A stretch of DNA of 64,000 nucleotides from Abditibacterium sp. (GTDB lineage Bacteria; Armatimonadota; Abditibacteriia; Abditibacteriales; Abditibacteriaceae): positions 224,001 through 288,000 of the forward strand of contig OZ251992.1 in the NCBI GenBank assembly GCA_965246885.1, read 5' to 3'. Positions 9,801 to 19,894 of this stretch are shown here, piece after piece. Numbering within the stretch: the stretch's first letter is position 1; each line of letters starts with the position of its first letter. The position numbers and the translations under genes were made by a program. Under the pieces are notes generated by a model. It did not search any database. It was given only the letters and a program-made list of their open reading frames with translations, and was not told the DNA's origin.

Positions 9801-12690
9801 GGATGGCGGCGCGCAAGGTGCATTCGGGCGCGCCGCCCGCGATGGTGGCGCCCGTGTTGCACGCACCGTCGCCGGGGTTGTTGTCGGGCGCATCGCCAAC
9901 GGAGTTGACAACCGAAAGTTTGGCGGCGGGCGCTGGTGTCGCGGTCGGCGTCATCCCGGCAGGGCCAGTGACGGCGGGCGAGAACTCGGAAGTGTTGCCA
10001 ACGGCGTCGGTGGCGGTGGCGGAGATGCTGTCCCCGCCAGGGCCAAATGTCCTTCTCGGCAAGACCGTCGAAAAACCGGCTACGCCGTTGACGTTGGTCG
10101 TCACATATTGAAAGCCTACGTAAATTGCTTCGTAGTTGTAGAACTCGATGCGAAACGTCGCCTTGGGCGCGGAGGTGAGCGTGCCGGTAATGGTGTCGTT
10201 GTTGTTGCTAATCGTTATGCCGGACAGCAGCGGGTAGTTTTGCAGCGCGTTGGGGCCATTTGTGTTGTCACCCTGATTGCTGGCGGGTTGGTTGACGAGG
10301 CGCGTGCCGCTTCCGCCCAGGTCAATGGGAAGCGTTCCATTGAAGCCAATCGTGTTGCCCAGAATGCTCTTGCGATGACAGACAGCTTGGGTCGCCAGTT
10401 GAACCGACACGCCCGCGAGTTTGTTGCTAGAGATGCTGTTGCCCAGAGGCGAGTTTGTCGCCTGAAAAAGGTCCATCTGAACGGAATTGGTCGGGCCGCC
10501 CGAACCGGAACCCGACGCAGGAAGCGGGTCGCCGACGGTGTGACCGGGCGCCGCGCCGTAGAAGAGGATGCCGTTGCCCGCGTTGGATGAGATGTCATTG
10601 CTCTGGATGATGGTGCCGGTGCAACCATTGCCAATGAGGATTCCCGAACCGAGCGTGCCCGCCGCGTTAGTGCCAGTTGTCCCGGAGATTTCATTCTCTG
10701 TGATCGTGTTGTTGCTGGCCGACACCGCGACGCCGACGTTGCCGTTGCCAAAGATGTCGTTGTATCTGACCGTGTTTCCCGTGCCGCCGAGCGCCACGCC
10801 CCCGCCGGTATTATCATCGATGATGTTGCCCATCGTGTTGTCGGGTTGGTTAGAGCCTGCGATGGAGTTGCCCGCCGCAGTTGTGGCGTCGCCGATGATG
10901 TTGCCCGTCGCGTTGAGGATTTGCACGCCCGCCAAAGCGTTAGGGATGTGGATAAAATCACCCGCATTCGAGGCACTAGTGCCGATTTCGTTGAGTTGAA
11001 CAAGGGTGCCCGTCGTCTGCGGCCCCTGAATGTTGAGGCCGAAGGTTCCGTTGCCCGAAAGCACGTTGCCAGTGATGATGGTTCCGTTGGTGGGAGTGGC
11101 ATCGCCCGTAGCCGAGAACACTTGGATGCCCGCGCCGGTATTAGCGATGGCTTTTGTGCCCGCAGAGTCGGTGCCCGCGAAGTTGCCACTGAGCGTGTTC
11201 GGGCCGACGCCCGTAGCCGACATCTGGATGAGGATGCCTGGGAACTTGCTCGTCGTAGTATCCACGCCGTTGCCCGACACTGTATTGCCCGAAACGGTGT
11301 TGGCGCCCGAACTGATGATGGCGAGGCCATTGACGCCGTTGCCCAGCGCCACCGTTCCCGCCGCGTTGGTGCCGATGAGGTTGCCTTGAACGGTGTTCGA
11401 GTTGGCGCCGGTGGTCAACACCAATCCCGTGCCGCCGTTGCCGGAAATGACGTTGCCCTGACCTGCGGAAGTGCCACCGATGGTGTTGCCTGACGCGCCC
11501 GTCAAGACGATGCCGCCGGACGGGTTGGGTATGGCCTTAGTGCCGCTTGGGTCGGTTCCCACGAGGTTGCCTTGAACGGTGGTCTTCGTCGTTTGGGGGC
11601 CGTTGAGCAACAACCCGCCCGCCGTGTTGCCCGAAAGCACGTTGCCGATGATTTGCGTTCCCGTGATGGGCGCCGTATCGGTGGCCGTAGAAAAGAGTTG
11701 CGGCCCGGCGCCGTTGGGCAGCGCCTTGGCGCCGGAAATGTCCGTCCCGATGTAGTTGTTCTGAACCACGTTATTGGCGCCGCCGCCGACGATGAACACG
11801 GCGGGACGAAGCGGTTGGCCGTTGATCATCGTGCCGTTGCCGGAAATGACGTTGCGCGCGCCCGTCGCCGCGCCGCCGATGGTGTTGTTGTCGGCGCTTT
11901 GAATCGCTACGCCGTTGATGGCGTTGCCCACTGCCGTTGTGCCGCTCGCGTCGGTGCCGATGAAACAGCCCGCAACCGTGTTGTTGCTCGACCCGCTTAT
12001 GGCGATGCCCGAACCGCCTTGCACGCCGCCGATGGCGAGTCCACTGATGGAAGAGCCGTCGCTACCCGCGCTCAAAAACAAACCCGCGCCCACGACGGTT
12101 TGACCCGCCGCCGGTTGCGTGTTCGTCTCGTTGATGGCGACGAGAATCTTCGCGTTGTCGCCGGTGGTGAGGGTGTTGGCGCTCGCGCCCATCTGCGGCG
12201 AGTAGCCGTTGATGACAACGGGCGCGGTGATGTTGGGCAACTGCGTGAGGGGAGCGATGGTGTGAACACCCGCGCCGGAGATATTGAAGGTGATGGTGGC
12301 GCCGCCGCTTGCGTTGGCTTCTTCGATGGCGGCGCGTAGGGTGCAAGTGGCGCCGCTGGCGGAACTGGTTTGGCAGATGCCGTCGCCGGGGGTGGCATCA
12401 TCCGCGTCGCCTGTCGAGGTGACGGGAAGGTTGACAGCAGCGCGCGGACGGATGGCGCGTTTGGGGCGCGCGCGGTAAACGACGTTTTGCACAGGTGCGG
12501 GCGCTTCGCGGGGCGCCGGTGCGGGCGCGGCGATGGGTAGCACTTGCGGTAGGTGCGCGACGAGCGCGTGGCGGGTTTGCGGCGGGAGCCATGCGGCGGT
12601 GCAAGTGGCGCCGAGCAAAAGCAGTGCGGCGGCGGTGTGCGAGACGGGCAGCTTGGCGCAGGCCCACGAACGGAAGGATTGGATGGTCAC
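6868..12690 (-). CDS. Large secreted/surface protein: 2x (CSLREA + parallel beta-helix), PT linker, Ig-like (Big_3), DUF11, C-terminal beta-sandwich
   Basis: [11 protein letters not shown] and [11 protein letters not shown]; repeated GNxIGTDxxG/NVISGN; (TPTA)n; GSVTFFDG...[19 protein letters not shown]. Confidence 0.9.
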   Translation of the reverse strand: MTIQSFRSWACAKLPVSHTAAALLLLGATCTAAWLPPQTRHALVAHLPQVLPIAAPAPAPREAPAPVQNVVYRARPKRAIRPRAAVNLPVTSTGDADDATPGDGICQTSSASGATCTLRAAIEEANASGGATITFNISGAGVHTIAPLTQLPNITAPVVINGYSPQMGASANTLTTGDNAKILVAINETNTQPAAGQTVVGAGLFLSAGSDGSSISGLAIGGVQGGSGIAISGSSNNTVAGCFIGTDASGTTAVGNAINGVAIQSADNNTIGGAATGARNVISGNGTMINGQPLRPAVFIVGGGANNVVQNNYIGTDISGAKALPNGAGPQLFSTATDTAPITGTQIIGNVLSGNTAGGLLLNGPQTTKTTVQGNLVGTDPSGTKAIPNPSGGIVLTGASGNTIGGTSAGQGNVISGNGGTGLVLTTGANSNTVQGNLIGTNAAGTVALGNGVNGLAIISSGANTVSGNTVSGNGVDTTTSKFPGILIQMSATGVGPNTLSGNFAGTDSAGTKAIANTGAGIQVFSATGDATPTNGTIITGNVLSGNGTFGLNIQGPQTTGTLVQLNEIGTSASNAGDFIHIPNALAGVQILNATGNIIGDATTAAGNSIAGSNQPDNTMGNIIDDNTGGGVALGGTGNTVRYNDIFGNGNVGVAVSASNNTITENEISGTTGTNAAGTLGSGILIGNGCTGTIIQSNDISSNAGNGILFYGAAPGHTVGDPLPASGSGSGGPTNSVQMDLFQATNSPLGNSISSNKLAGVSVQLATQAVCHRKSILGNTIGFNGTLPIDLGGSGTRLVNQPASNQGDNTNGPNALQNYPLLSGITISNNNDTITGTLTSAPKATFRIEFYNYEAIYVGFQYVTTNVNGVAGFSTVLPRRTFGPGGDSISATATDAVGNTSEFSPAVTGPAGMTPTATPAPAAKLSVVNSVGDAPDNNPGDGACNTGATIAGGAPECTLRAAIQEANAGGNGTITFAIPGAGVQTITPASELPVIAKAVTINGYSQLGASANTLATGSNAVLLIEINATKRNNGLVVGAGGAGTTLSGLVINRAGGEGIVLNGSNNTVAGCYIGVGTDGATRQGNLHAGVLVLGGAGNTVGGTTPAARNVIAGNTSISQDGNVIIGSSSISGLASSGAVTGTIVEGNYLGTNAQGTAAVVSQAFGNVTGVEIVGGDGTTISNNLLSGNLQGIGFDTGPIGSVTVQGNLIGTDASGTKAVGNFGFGIGSNAAGASIASVVIGGTASGAGNTISGNANAGIEAGALSLTIQGNRVGTDATGKTALGNGGVGIHVALGGSGIPAFNIQVGGAAAGAGNVVSGNGAQGVYVTGLQSGTAAVQGNLIGVAADGTTALGNKGNGLEANRPVSVGGTNAGEGNVVAYNSGTGVRIPSDEGGNDVKGAPIEGNSIFSNGALGIDLGAPGVLPNDLGDTDGGVNDGQNFPVITGVTGNVISGTLNAAPTGTGESYRIELFSSAAADPSGYGEGETFLGFVSVPTDASGNASWSFTSPVPIAGRAITSTATYVSTVAAGGGAELAVNGDTSEFSQAFLVAGATPTATPTATPTATPTATPTATPSPLKAGTTTVLSSSPTPSNVGQNVTLTARVADAALGTPTTPTTPGTSLGRRALVVKGHLVKPRQFQLLPTGSVTFFDGGTPLGTGTLSGGVATLSTSSLAAGTHPLTAVYAGDANFNGSTSNTVSQVVVGSVAAPALTLTQKASVKTVSPGGEVDFTLVVTNTGSAPATDTSLIYTLPAGATFLSSTPAPTSNAEGMIGFSLGTLAPNASQTVIVRLTAPATVGNLQSNAIAGATGTIPVAAQVTVPIANGVPAYTFGVGKLINVGPYSPTLYHPGAHLIQYVTITNTGSASASGPLLLALDNLPTGVTVVGAAGTDTNGVPLVSVPLAGGVLGVGASTTVRLEFRLTKGVKPAFTPRITNAQLAN
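7970..8036. repeat. Coding tandem repeat (12/24-bp period) encoding a (TPTA)n linker
   Basis: GCGGTGGGCGTGGCCGTCGGGGTA repeated in tandem. Confidence 0.85.
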
Positions 12691-12729
12691 GGTGTATACC
12701 TTGGAAGCGAAACGGGAACGGGGCGCGGC

Positions 12730-13518
12730 TTACTTGCCGCCGAAAGCGTAGGTGAGGCCGACGAAGTACTTGGTATCGTTCCGCAGCTTGCCGATGCCGA
12801 TTTGGGCGGACAGCGACTTGCCTTCGGGAACGTAGCGGGCCGAGAGGGTGTAGGCTTTGGCGGCGTCGCCGTTGCGGGCGAGGAAGTCGGCACCGATGGA
12901 GATGTCGGGGGTAAGCTGTGCCTCGGCTCCGACGAAGGGGCGGGCAAAGGTGGTGTTCTTGCCGGGCGCGTGCGAGCGCTGACCCAGAACGCCCAAGTGC
13001 AAGCGGCCCAAGGTGCGGCCCTCGTCGTTTTCGATGTCGTAGCTGCCCGTCGCGTAGAGGGACAGCACGTTGCCCAGACTGACGCCCGAATCGCGTCCGA
13101 AGTCGTAGTAGTGCGCGCCGACGGCGATGGAGCCAAGCCCGTCAACGGTGGTGTAAACGCGGTATTTGCCGTGCAAGGTGTAGTAGTTGTCCGTCGCCGA
13201 GAAGCCTTGAGTCGCCGTCTTTTGGCGCAAGTAGGAAGCGCCGACTTCGCCATCATGGAAGCCGTAGGACAGGTTGGCGAAGGGTTGTTGGTCGGCGTGG
13301 CCGCCGCCGTCGCGGATGCTCACATACTCGTAGCCCAAGGATGCTTCAAAGGCGCCCGGCGCGACAGTTTGGGTGGTGGGGATGACGCCCAAACCCGTCG
13401 GGCCGGGCAACGGGTCGCCCGTTGGCGTGGCGTGGGCAGCAGGGGCAAAACCGCCCGCAAGGGCGACGGCAAACAGGAGAGCGAAAGGTGAGCGGGATAG
13501 CAGTGGAAGTCGCGGCAT
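12730..13518 (-). CDS. Outer-membrane beta-barrel protein (YjbH-like)
   Basis: Signal peptide ending AHA; GPTGLGVIPT; alternating aromatic strands; C-terminal YFVGLTYAF. Confidence 0.75.
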   Translation of the reverse strand: MPRLPLLSRSPFALLFAVALAGGFAPAAHATPTGDPLPGPTGLGVIPTTQTVAPGAFEASLGYEYVSIRDGGGHADQQPFANLSYGFHDGEVGASYLRQKTATQGFSATDNYYTLHGKYRVYTTVDGLGSIAVGAHYYDFGRDSGVSLGNVLSLYATGSYDIENDEGRTLGRLHLGVLGQRSHAPGKNTTFARPFVGAEAQLTPDISIGADFLARNGDAAKAYTLSARYVPEGKSLSAQIGIGKLRNDTKYFVGLTYAFGGK

Positions 13519-13716
13519 GGAAGTGACGGCGCACCCCAACACACGCGGCGCGCGAACGGCGTCAACTTTACGTGTTTCGCCCCCTCTTTGTCAACAGAGT
13601 TTCCCCTACTTTTTTGAGAAACCTCCGAAATTATTTCGCCCGCGCTACGTCTTGACATCATCTGCCCACCCAGACACTTCCCCGGTGGCGGCAGCAGAAA
13701 ACGGGATGGCGCTGAG

Positions 13717-14082
13717 TCACTCCGGGATGGCGGGGTTCTCGTCGCCGCGCGAGGGTTTCCAGCGCGTGCGCGTCATCCAAGGCTGCACCTCGATGTGTTG
13801 CAGCCAGTCTTTCACGGTCGGAATCCAGCCCAAATCGTCCTGAACATGTTGCTCGCCGACGGCGCGAACGGGGACGGTCTTGCCATCGGCGTTGACGAGC
13901 GCCACGCCAAAAAGTCGCTCGCACAGGAAAATGCCCTCGGAATGATGCCGCAAGGCCCGGTGCCGGAAGTCGGACAAGTGCGCCTTCGATTCATCGAACC
14001 ACGAGTGAATCGCCAAGTAGTCGTCCACCACCCCGCCCCACAAGCGCACCGACCGCTCCGCGTGATAAATCGGGTGCGCCAC
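13717..14082 (-). CDS. DUF6915-like protein
   Basis: AHPIYHAERS...WGG...DYLAIHSWFDESK...RHRALRHHSEGIF...GEQHVQDD. Confidence 0.8.
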   Translation of the reverse strand: MAHPIYHAERSVRLWGGVVDDYLAIHSWFDESKAHLSDFRHRALRHHSEGIFLCERLFGVALVNADGKTVPVRAVGEQHVQDDLGWIPTVKDWLQHIEVQPWMTRTRWKPSRGDENPAIPE

Positions 14083-14084
14083 GT

Positions 14085-14606
14085 TTACGCTCCCTCGACA
14101 GGCGGAATGTTGGTGGTGGGTTTGGCCCGGATATCGGCGAGAAAAACACCTTGGCCCATCAACTCACCCGCGCCATCTTTATCGCTGTCCGCGAGTTGTT
14201 TGGCCAGTTCATAAATCAAAGTCTCGAGCGCCAACTCGACAGAGTAAGGCTTTTTCTCTTGATCTTCGCCAAGCGGCCCTAATTTGAGCTTCTCGATGAG
14301 AGTGGGCGAGTCGAAGTAGGTATCCAATGTTTCCGCTAAGTCGACGCCGACGTATCCTTCATCGCCCGTGAGGTCGTAGCCCGCCCGCAACAGCACGACA
14401 TCCAACGCGCGCAATTCCAGCAATACCCGTTTGGCCGTCGCACCCAACGCTGCCTCGTTCACAAACAAAGGTTGCGCGGGGTCGTGGAACGATACCGAGC
14501 CGCCGCGCGTTTGCGCCCCGGTCGTAAGACGCTTCAGTTCGGCTTCTTCCACCGGATCATCGAAGGAGTCTTGCGTGTCCCCTTCATCCAATTCGTAGAT
14601 AGGCAT
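14085..14606 (-). CDS. Hypothetical acidic protein, DUF6878-like
   Basis: LRALDVVLLRAGYDLTGDEGY resembles the xFDGxGDSG motif; ends 2 nt before the DUF6915-like gene. Confidence 0.5.
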   Translation of the reverse strand: MPIYELDEGDTQDSFDDPVEEAELKRLTTGAQTRGGSVSFHDPAQPLFVNEAALGATAKRVLLELRALDVVLLRAGYDLTGDEGYVGVDLAETLDTYFDSPTLIEKLKLGPLGEDQEKKPYSVELALETLIYELAKQLADSDKDGAGELMGQGVFLADIRAKPTTNIPPVEGA

Positions 14607-14674
14607 GGCAGGTGAGAGTTTGCCCTTTCCCCTTCCGTGTCGCACCCTTCAAACTGAGGGGCGTTGCTGCTTCA

Positions 14675-16123
14675 ATGAAATACGAAACCGTTATCGGCAT
14701 GGAAGTCCATGCCGAGCTTCTCACCCGTTCCAAACAGTTCGTCGGCTCGCCCAACTTGGCGCTCGCCGAGCCGAATACGCTCGTTGACCCCGTGACGCTG
14801 GGGCTTCCCGGCGCGCTCCCGGTCTTGAACGAGCGCGCCGTTGACCTGTCGCTCCGGTGCGTCTTGGCGCTCCAATCGGACATTTCGCGCGACTGCTTTT
14901 TCGAGCGCAAGCACTACTTTTATCCCGACCTGCCCAAAGGCTACCAAATCTCGCAGCGCGCGCAGTGCTTGGGCTTTGGCGGTTTCTTGGAAATCGAACT
15001 ACCCGACGGCACCTCCAAGCGCATTGGGATGAACGACGTGCACATGGAAGAGGACACCGGCAAATCCACCCACGGCGAGGGGTTCGGCGACCCGGACTCG
15101 TCGCTCATTGACCTCAATCGCGCGGGAATTCCGCTTTTGGAAATCGTGTCGGCGCCGGACATGAGAAGCGTTGAGGAAGCCGATGCGTACATGACCGCGC
15201 TGCGCAACATCCTGTTGTTTCTCGAAATCTGCGACTGCAAAATGGAGCAGGGGCGCTTGCGCTTCGAGGCGTCCATTTCGCTGCGGCCCGAAGGGAGCGA
15301 GGAGTTCGGCACGCGCGTGGAGGTAAAAAACCTCAACTCGATGAGGGCGGTGCGGGATTCCATTCGGGCGGAAGAGGTGCGGCAGGCGAAGGTGCTCGAC
15401 GGCGGTGGAACCGTGCTTCAGCAGACGATGTTGTGGGACGAAGCGACCGGAACGACGCAACCGATGCGCTCGAAGGAACACGCGCACGACTACCGCTACA
15501 TGCCCGAACCCGACCTTGCGCCCTTGCATATAGACGACGAGTGGCTGGCGCGGGTGAAATCGGAGATGCCCGAAATGCCGCGTCTCAAGCGGGCGCGCTT
15601 CGAGCGGGAACTGGGGCTGTCCGCTTACGACGCGAATGTGCTGACCGCTTCGCCCGACATCGCCAACTACTTTGAAAAGGCGGCGGGCGCGGCGACGAAC
15701 ACGAAGGTCGTCGTCAACTGGATCGCCAACGAACTGCTGGGCCGCCTCAACGCGGCAGGCGCCCCGATTGACGAGTCGAAAGTGGCGCCGGAGCAGTTGG
15801 GTGCCCTCGTCAACCTCATCGAAGACGGCACCATCTCCGGCAAGATAGCCAAGGATGTCTTCGATGAGATGTTCGCGTCCGGCAAGGACGCGGCGGCGAT
15901 CGTCGAAGAGAAGGGCTTGAGGCAAATGAGCGACACGAGCGAGTTGGAGGCGATTTGCAAGGGCGTGGTGGAGAAACTCCCGAAGATAGTCGAGGATTAT
16001 CGCGGCGGCAAGGAGAAGGCCTTTGGCGCCTTAGTGGGCGGCGTGATGAAAGAAACGCGCGGCAAAGCGAACCCGGCGCTGGTAAACGAGATACTGAAGA
16101 AGGTTTTGGAAGCCGGAGGCTGA
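14675..16123 (+). CDS. gatB: Asp/Glu-tRNA amidotransferase subunit B
   Basis: YETVIGMEVHAEL, HYFYPDLPKGYQISQ, HMEEDTGK, DYRYMPEPDL, GKANP. Confidence 0.98.
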   Translation: MKYETVIGMEVHAELLTRSKQFVGSPNLALAEPNTLVDPVTLGLPGALPVLNERAVDLSLRCVLALQSDISRDCFFERKHYFYPDLPKGYQISQRAQCLGFGGFLEIELPDGTSKRIGMNDVHMEEDTGKSTHGEGFGDPDSSLIDLNRAGIPLLEIVSAPDMRSVEEADAYMTALRNILLFLEICDCKMEQGRLRFEASISLRPEGSEEFGTRVEVKNLNSMRAVRDSIRAEEVRQAKVLDGGGTVLQQTMLWDEATGTTQPMRSKEHAHDYRYMPEPDLAPLHIDDEWLARVKSEMPEMPRLKRARFERELGLSAYDANVLTASPDIANYFEKAAGAATNTKVVVNWIANELLGRLNAAGAPIDESKVAPEQLGALVNLIEDGTISGKIAKDVFDEMFASGKDAAAIVEEKGLRQMSDTSELEAICKGVVEKLPKIVEDYRGGKEKAFGALVGGVMKETRGKANPALVNEILKKVLEAGG

Positions 16124-16129
16124 ATCGCC

Positions 16130-16360
16130 ATGTCCCACCGCGCGCATTATCAAACGCCTTACCTTCTCGCCATTGTGCAGATGTTGGCGCTGGCAATGCC
16201 CGTCGCGTGGTGGGTGGGGCGCCATCGCCCGCCGCCTTGGACGGTGTGGCTTTTCTGGGCGCTCGCGCCGCTTCTGCTTCTCCTTGTGGTAAGTGCCCTG
16301 ATTTTTGCTGGCGAGGCGGTGAACGGGTGGAAGTGGAAGCGCCGAAAGCGGAAACTCTAA
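16130..16360 (+). CDS. Small two-TM membrane protein
   Basis: Two hydrophobic helices and a basic tail; fills the gap between gatB and the ACT gene. Confidence 0.55.
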   Translation: MSHRAHYQTPYLLAIVQMLALAMPVAWWVGRHRPPPWTVWLFWALAPLLLLLVVSALIFAGEAVNGWKWKRRKRKL

Positions 16361-16363
16361 ATC

Positions 16364-16879
16364 ATGCTCATTATTTCTGCGGTGGGCGCTGACCGTCCGG
16401 GGATGGCGCACGCGGTCGCGCAAATCTTGTTTGATTGCGGCTGCAACATCGAGGACACGACGATGACCCGCTTGTCGGGGCAGTTCGCCATGATTTTGGC
16501 GGTCGAGTCGCCCGACTTGACGGCGCAAGAGTTGGAAACGCGCTTGTCTCCCTTGCGGCATGCACTCGGTTTGCACATAGATGTGGCGGCTGCGGGCGAG
16601 GCGATAGGCGCGTCGGGGGAGGCGCCGCGCTGGATATTGACGGCGTATGGCGCCGAGCGGACGGGGCTGTTGGCGCGACTGACGGGCGTGCTGGCGGCGC
16701 AAGGCGCGAACGTGACGGACGTGCAAACGCGCGTGGCGTCGGGCGGCTCGGTGTACGTGATGCTGTTGGAGTTGGAACTTCCCCCGGCGTTGCAAGCCGA
16801 CGCACTTGAAGCCGCGCTCAAGCGGGAGTTGGGCGGCTTGCAAATCTCGCTGCGGGCGTTGGAGGAGGAAACGCTCTAA
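16364..16879 (+). CDS. Tandem ACT-domain protein (GcvR-like)
   Basis: SAVGADRPG...CNIEDTTM and TAYGAERTG...ANVTD. Confidence 0.88.
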   Translation: MLIISAVGADRPGMAHAVAQILFDCGCNIEDTTMTRLSGQFAMILAVESPDLTAQELETRLSPLRHALGLHIDVAAAGEAIGASGEAPRWILTAYGAERTGLLARLTGVLAAQGANVTDVQTRVASGGSVYVMLLELELPPALQADALEAALKRELGGLQISLRALEEETL

Positions 16880-16960
16880 ACGCGGAAGGCGGGAACCGGA
16901 ACGCGAAAAGAGAACTTCAACCTTTGCCTTTTCCGCGTTCCGGTTCCCGCCTTCCGCGTT
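16879..16960. repeat. Inverted repeat built from ~7-bp units
   Basis: AACGCGGAAGGCGGGAACCGGAACGCG ... CGCGTTCCGGTTCCCGCCTTCCGCGTT. Confidence 0.88.
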
Positions 16961-16966
16961 CAACTC

Positions 16967-17467
16967 ATGCAACGCGATATTATTCTGGTGCCCGACGCAC
17001 GCTTGACGACGCCTTGCGCGGCGGTGGCGGGCTTTGGTGACGCCTTGGCGCGCTTGGTGGAGGACTTGACCGATACGATGAGGGGCGGGCCGGGGTCGGT
17101 GGGGGTGGCGGCGCCGCAAATTGGAGAAATGGTGCGCGTCGCGGTGGTGGATACGTCGGGGCATCGCAAGTTTGGCGCGGCCTCGCAGGGGTTTTTCGCG
17201 CTCGTGAACCCGCGCATCGTGGCGCGTGCGGGTGAGCGCGAAGGGCGCGAAGGGTGTATGTCGTTGCCCGATTTCACGGCGAACGTGCGCCGCGCGCAAA
17301 CGGTGACGGTGGAGTATCAGGACGTGCAGGGCGCGCATTATACTGTCGTCTGCGACGACTTCGAGGCCGTCGCGATGCAGCACGAAATAGATCATCTGGA
17401 CGGCATCCTTTTCTTAGACCGCGTGTCGAACCTGCAAACCGACGTGTTCCCGCGCAAGAAGAAGTAG
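16967..17467 (+). CDS. def: Peptide deformylase
   Basis: VGVAAPQIG, EGCMS, QHEIDHLDG. Confidence 0.96.
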   Translation: MQRDIILVPDARLTTPCAAVAGFGDALARLVEDLTDTMRGGPGSVGVAAPQIGEMVRVAVVDTSGHRKFGAASQGFFALVNPRIVARAGEREGREGCMSLPDFTANVRRAQTVTVEYQDVQGAHYTVVCDDFEAVAMQHEIDHLDGILFLDRVSNLQTDVFPRKKK

Positions 17468-17487
17468 CGCGTGGGGCGCGAGGGCGC

Positions 17488-18072
17488 TCAGCGCTTCTTA
17501 ATGATGATGGGCGGGTCGGCTGGGGAGTTGGCGTTGCGCGGGTCGGCGTCCATCGCGGCGGAAGTTTCGCGCATCACGTTGAACGACAAGACGGCGAAGT
17601 TCAGCGACGAGGCAAACGTCGTCCACAACCACACCGGCACGAGCAACCAGAACGCCGTCTTGGACAAGCGCGACCCCGTCCACATCAGCGCGGAAATGGC
17701 AATCCACCAGCAGAACACGAGGGCATAGCCCCAGCCCTGCGAGTGCCCCGCCCAGAACGCCGCGCTCCACGCGAGGCCAAGCGCCAGTTGCGCCCAGAAC
17801 CACGCCATCACCACATCGCGGCGCGCTTGCGGCGCGCGCGAGGCGGCCAGATGCGCCCACGCGAAGCTCGTTGCGAGCGCGACGGCGACTTGCAACACTC
17901 CTAACATCACCGGCGAGGGCGCCCATATCGGCTTGACCAGCGCGCCATACCAATGCGCCGCGCCGACTGTCAGCACCGCCGCCGCCACGCCCGCAAGTGC
18001 GCCGCCCACCCCGCCGCGCGCTAAAAGTGCGGGCGTCGGGGTGGCGGGCGAAGCAGCAAAAGAGGTGTTCAT
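17488..18072 (-). CDS. TspO/MBR family sensory membrane protein
   Basis: WYGALVKPIWAPS, QLALGLAWSAAF, LLVPVWLWTTFASSLN. Confidence 0.85.
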   Translation of the reverse strand: MNTSFAASPATPTPALLARGGVGGALAGVAAAVLTVGAAHWYGALVKPIWAPSPVMLGVLQVAVALATSFAWAHLAASRAPQARRDVVMAWFWAQLALGLAWSAAFWAGHSQGWGYALVFCWWIAISALMWTGSRLSKTAFWLLVPVWLWTTFASSLNFAVLSFNVMRETSAAMDADPRNANSPADPPIIIKKR

Positions 18073-18211
18073 GAAAGGAGAAATTTCCGACGCGCCCGCC
18101 CCGCCCGCGCGCCCTTCAAAAAGCAATCGCTCCGTTTCGCATGGGAAAGCACCTGCGCGGTGACACGTCGTTCAAGGCGTGTTTCTTTGGCTATACGCCA
18201 AACTCCCCTTC

Positions 18212-19018
18212 ATGCTTCGTTTGGCCCGCACTTTTGCCGCCCTGCGCACGCGCGGTGAGCGCGCGTTTATCCCGTTCGTCACTTGCGGCGACCCCGACAT
18301 GGAAACGACGGAGCGGCTCGCCCTCGCGTATCTCGAAGCGGGCGCCGACATCTTGGAAATCGGCATCCCCTTCACCGACCCGCTCGCCGACGGCCCCACC
18401 ATTCAGCGCGCATCCGAGCGGGCGCTCGCGGGAGGCGCGACGATGGAGTCCGCCTTTGAACTGCTCCGCCGCTTGCGCGCCCAAACCGACGCGCCGCTCG
18501 TGCCGATGACGTATATCAACCCCGTCTGGCAAATGGGCTTTGCAGAGTTCGCGCGCCGCGCCAAGCAAGCCGGAGCCGACGCCACCATCATCTCCGACCT
18601 GCCGCCCGAAGAAGGCGCCGCTTGGGTCAAAGCCGGACGCGCGCACGAACTCGACACCATCTTCCTGCTGTCGCCCACAAGTGACACCGCCCGCGTCGAG
18701 CGCGTCGCCAACAGTGCGACCGGCTTCGTGTATGCCGTCGCGCGCTTGGGCGTGACGGGCGCGCGCACCGATGTTCCCCTCGAAGTGGGCGACCTCGTCC
18801 ACGCCCTCAAAACCGTCAGCGCCACCCCCGTGTGCGCGGGCTTTGGCTTTTCCGACCCCGACCAAATCCGCCGCACGATTGAGACGACGGGCGTGGATGG
18901 CATCGTCGTCGCGTCCGCGCTAATAGACCGCTTTGAAAAAGCCGAGGGCACCATCGGCGCGCGCCTCGACGCCGTGAAGGGTTACGCGCGCACATTAAAG
19001 GATGCGACGCGCGCCTGA
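18212..19018 (+). CDS. trpA: Tryptophan synthase alpha chain
   Basis: LEIGIPFTDPLADGPTIQ, MTYINP, DLPPEE, GVTGAR. Confidence 0.97.
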   Translation: MLRLARTFAALRTRGERAFIPFVTCGDPDMETTERLALAYLEAGADILEIGIPFTDPLADGPTIQRASERALAGGATMESAFELLRRLRAQTDAPLVPMTYINPVWQMGFAEFARRAKQAGADATIISDLPPEEGAAWVKAGRAHELDTIFLLSPTSDTARVERVANSATGFVYAVARLGVTGARTDVPLEVGDLVHALKTVSATPVCAGFGFSDPDQIRRTIETTGVDGIVVASALIDRFEKAEGTIGARLDAVKGYARTLKDATRA

Positions 19019-19021
19019 TCC

Positions 19022-19825
19022 ATGCCCCGCACCCTCGCTTCCACCCCGTTCGCCGCGCGCGCCCTTGTCTTGCGCGCGCGGCCTTTGGGGGAACGCGACC
19101 GCGTGCTCACGCTGTTCTGCGCGGAGCGCGGCAAGTTCTCGGCGGTGGCGCGCGGGGCGCGCTCGCCCAAAGGGAAACTGGCGGCGACGGCGCAGCCGTT
19201 CGTCCTCGCGCGCTTTGCGCTCGCTACGGGGCGCTCGATTGACATCATCACGCAAGCGCAAATCGAGACCCTGCACGCCTCCATCTCCGGGGATGTATTG
19301 AAGATGAGTTGGGCGTCTTTTGCGTGCGAGTGCGCCGATCATGCGCCCGATGGCGTGGCGGACGAGGAAGGCTTCGCGGTGTTGGAAGTGTTCTTCGCCG
19401 CCCTCGACGGCGCGCCGGGTTTTGCGGGCGTCGAAGCGGCGGGCGTGTGGTTCGAGGCGCAGTGGCTGGCGCATATGGGCTACTCGCCCACCATTGGCGC
19501 GTGCGTGTTGTGCGAGCGCAAACTGGGCGCGGACGAGGAGATGTGGTTCGGCCCGCAAGCGGGCGGGACGCTGTGCCGCAATTGTCAAGGCAAGGTAGCG
19601 GGCGCGGAGCGCGTATCGGGCGCTTCGATGCGGGCGCTGTTCCGCTTGGAGCGCTCGCGCCGCCCACCGGCGTCGTTAGAAGACGCGCCTTTTGCTCTGG
19701 CCAAGGGGGAGCAAGGCGAGTTGGAGCGCGCTGTGGAGCGGGCGCTCTTGGCTCATTCGGACGGGCGCTTCCGCTCCATTGGGATGCTCCAAGACGCGCG
19801 GGCGGCGGCGGGGTTGACGGGCTAA
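19022..19825 (+). CDS. recO: DNA repair protein RecO
   Basis: GERDRVLTLF...GKFSAVARGAR; CxxC...GGTLCxxC zinc finger. Confidence 0.93.
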   Translation: MPRTLASTPFAARALVLRARPLGERDRVLTLFCAERGKFSAVARGARSPKGKLAATAQPFVLARFALATGRSIDIITQAQIETLHASISGDVLKMSWASFACECADHAPDGVADEEGFAVLEVFFAALDGAPGFAGVEAAGVWFEAQWLAHMGYSPTIGACVLCERKLGADEEMWFGPQAGGTLCRNCQGKVAGAERVSGASMRALFRLERSRRPPASLEDAPFALAKGEQGELERAVERALLAHSDGRFRSIGMLQDARAAAGLTG

Positions 19826-19894
19826 TGGCGCCGGGGCAGTGCGCGCAAATTTTCCCGGTAAGTAATGAGTTTTTCTTCTAAACTTGCGCGCGTC

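Noticed and set aside
16364..17467. ACT protein-def pairing as a novelty
   Set aside because: I recall this pairing from other bacteria, and both proteins look ordinary.
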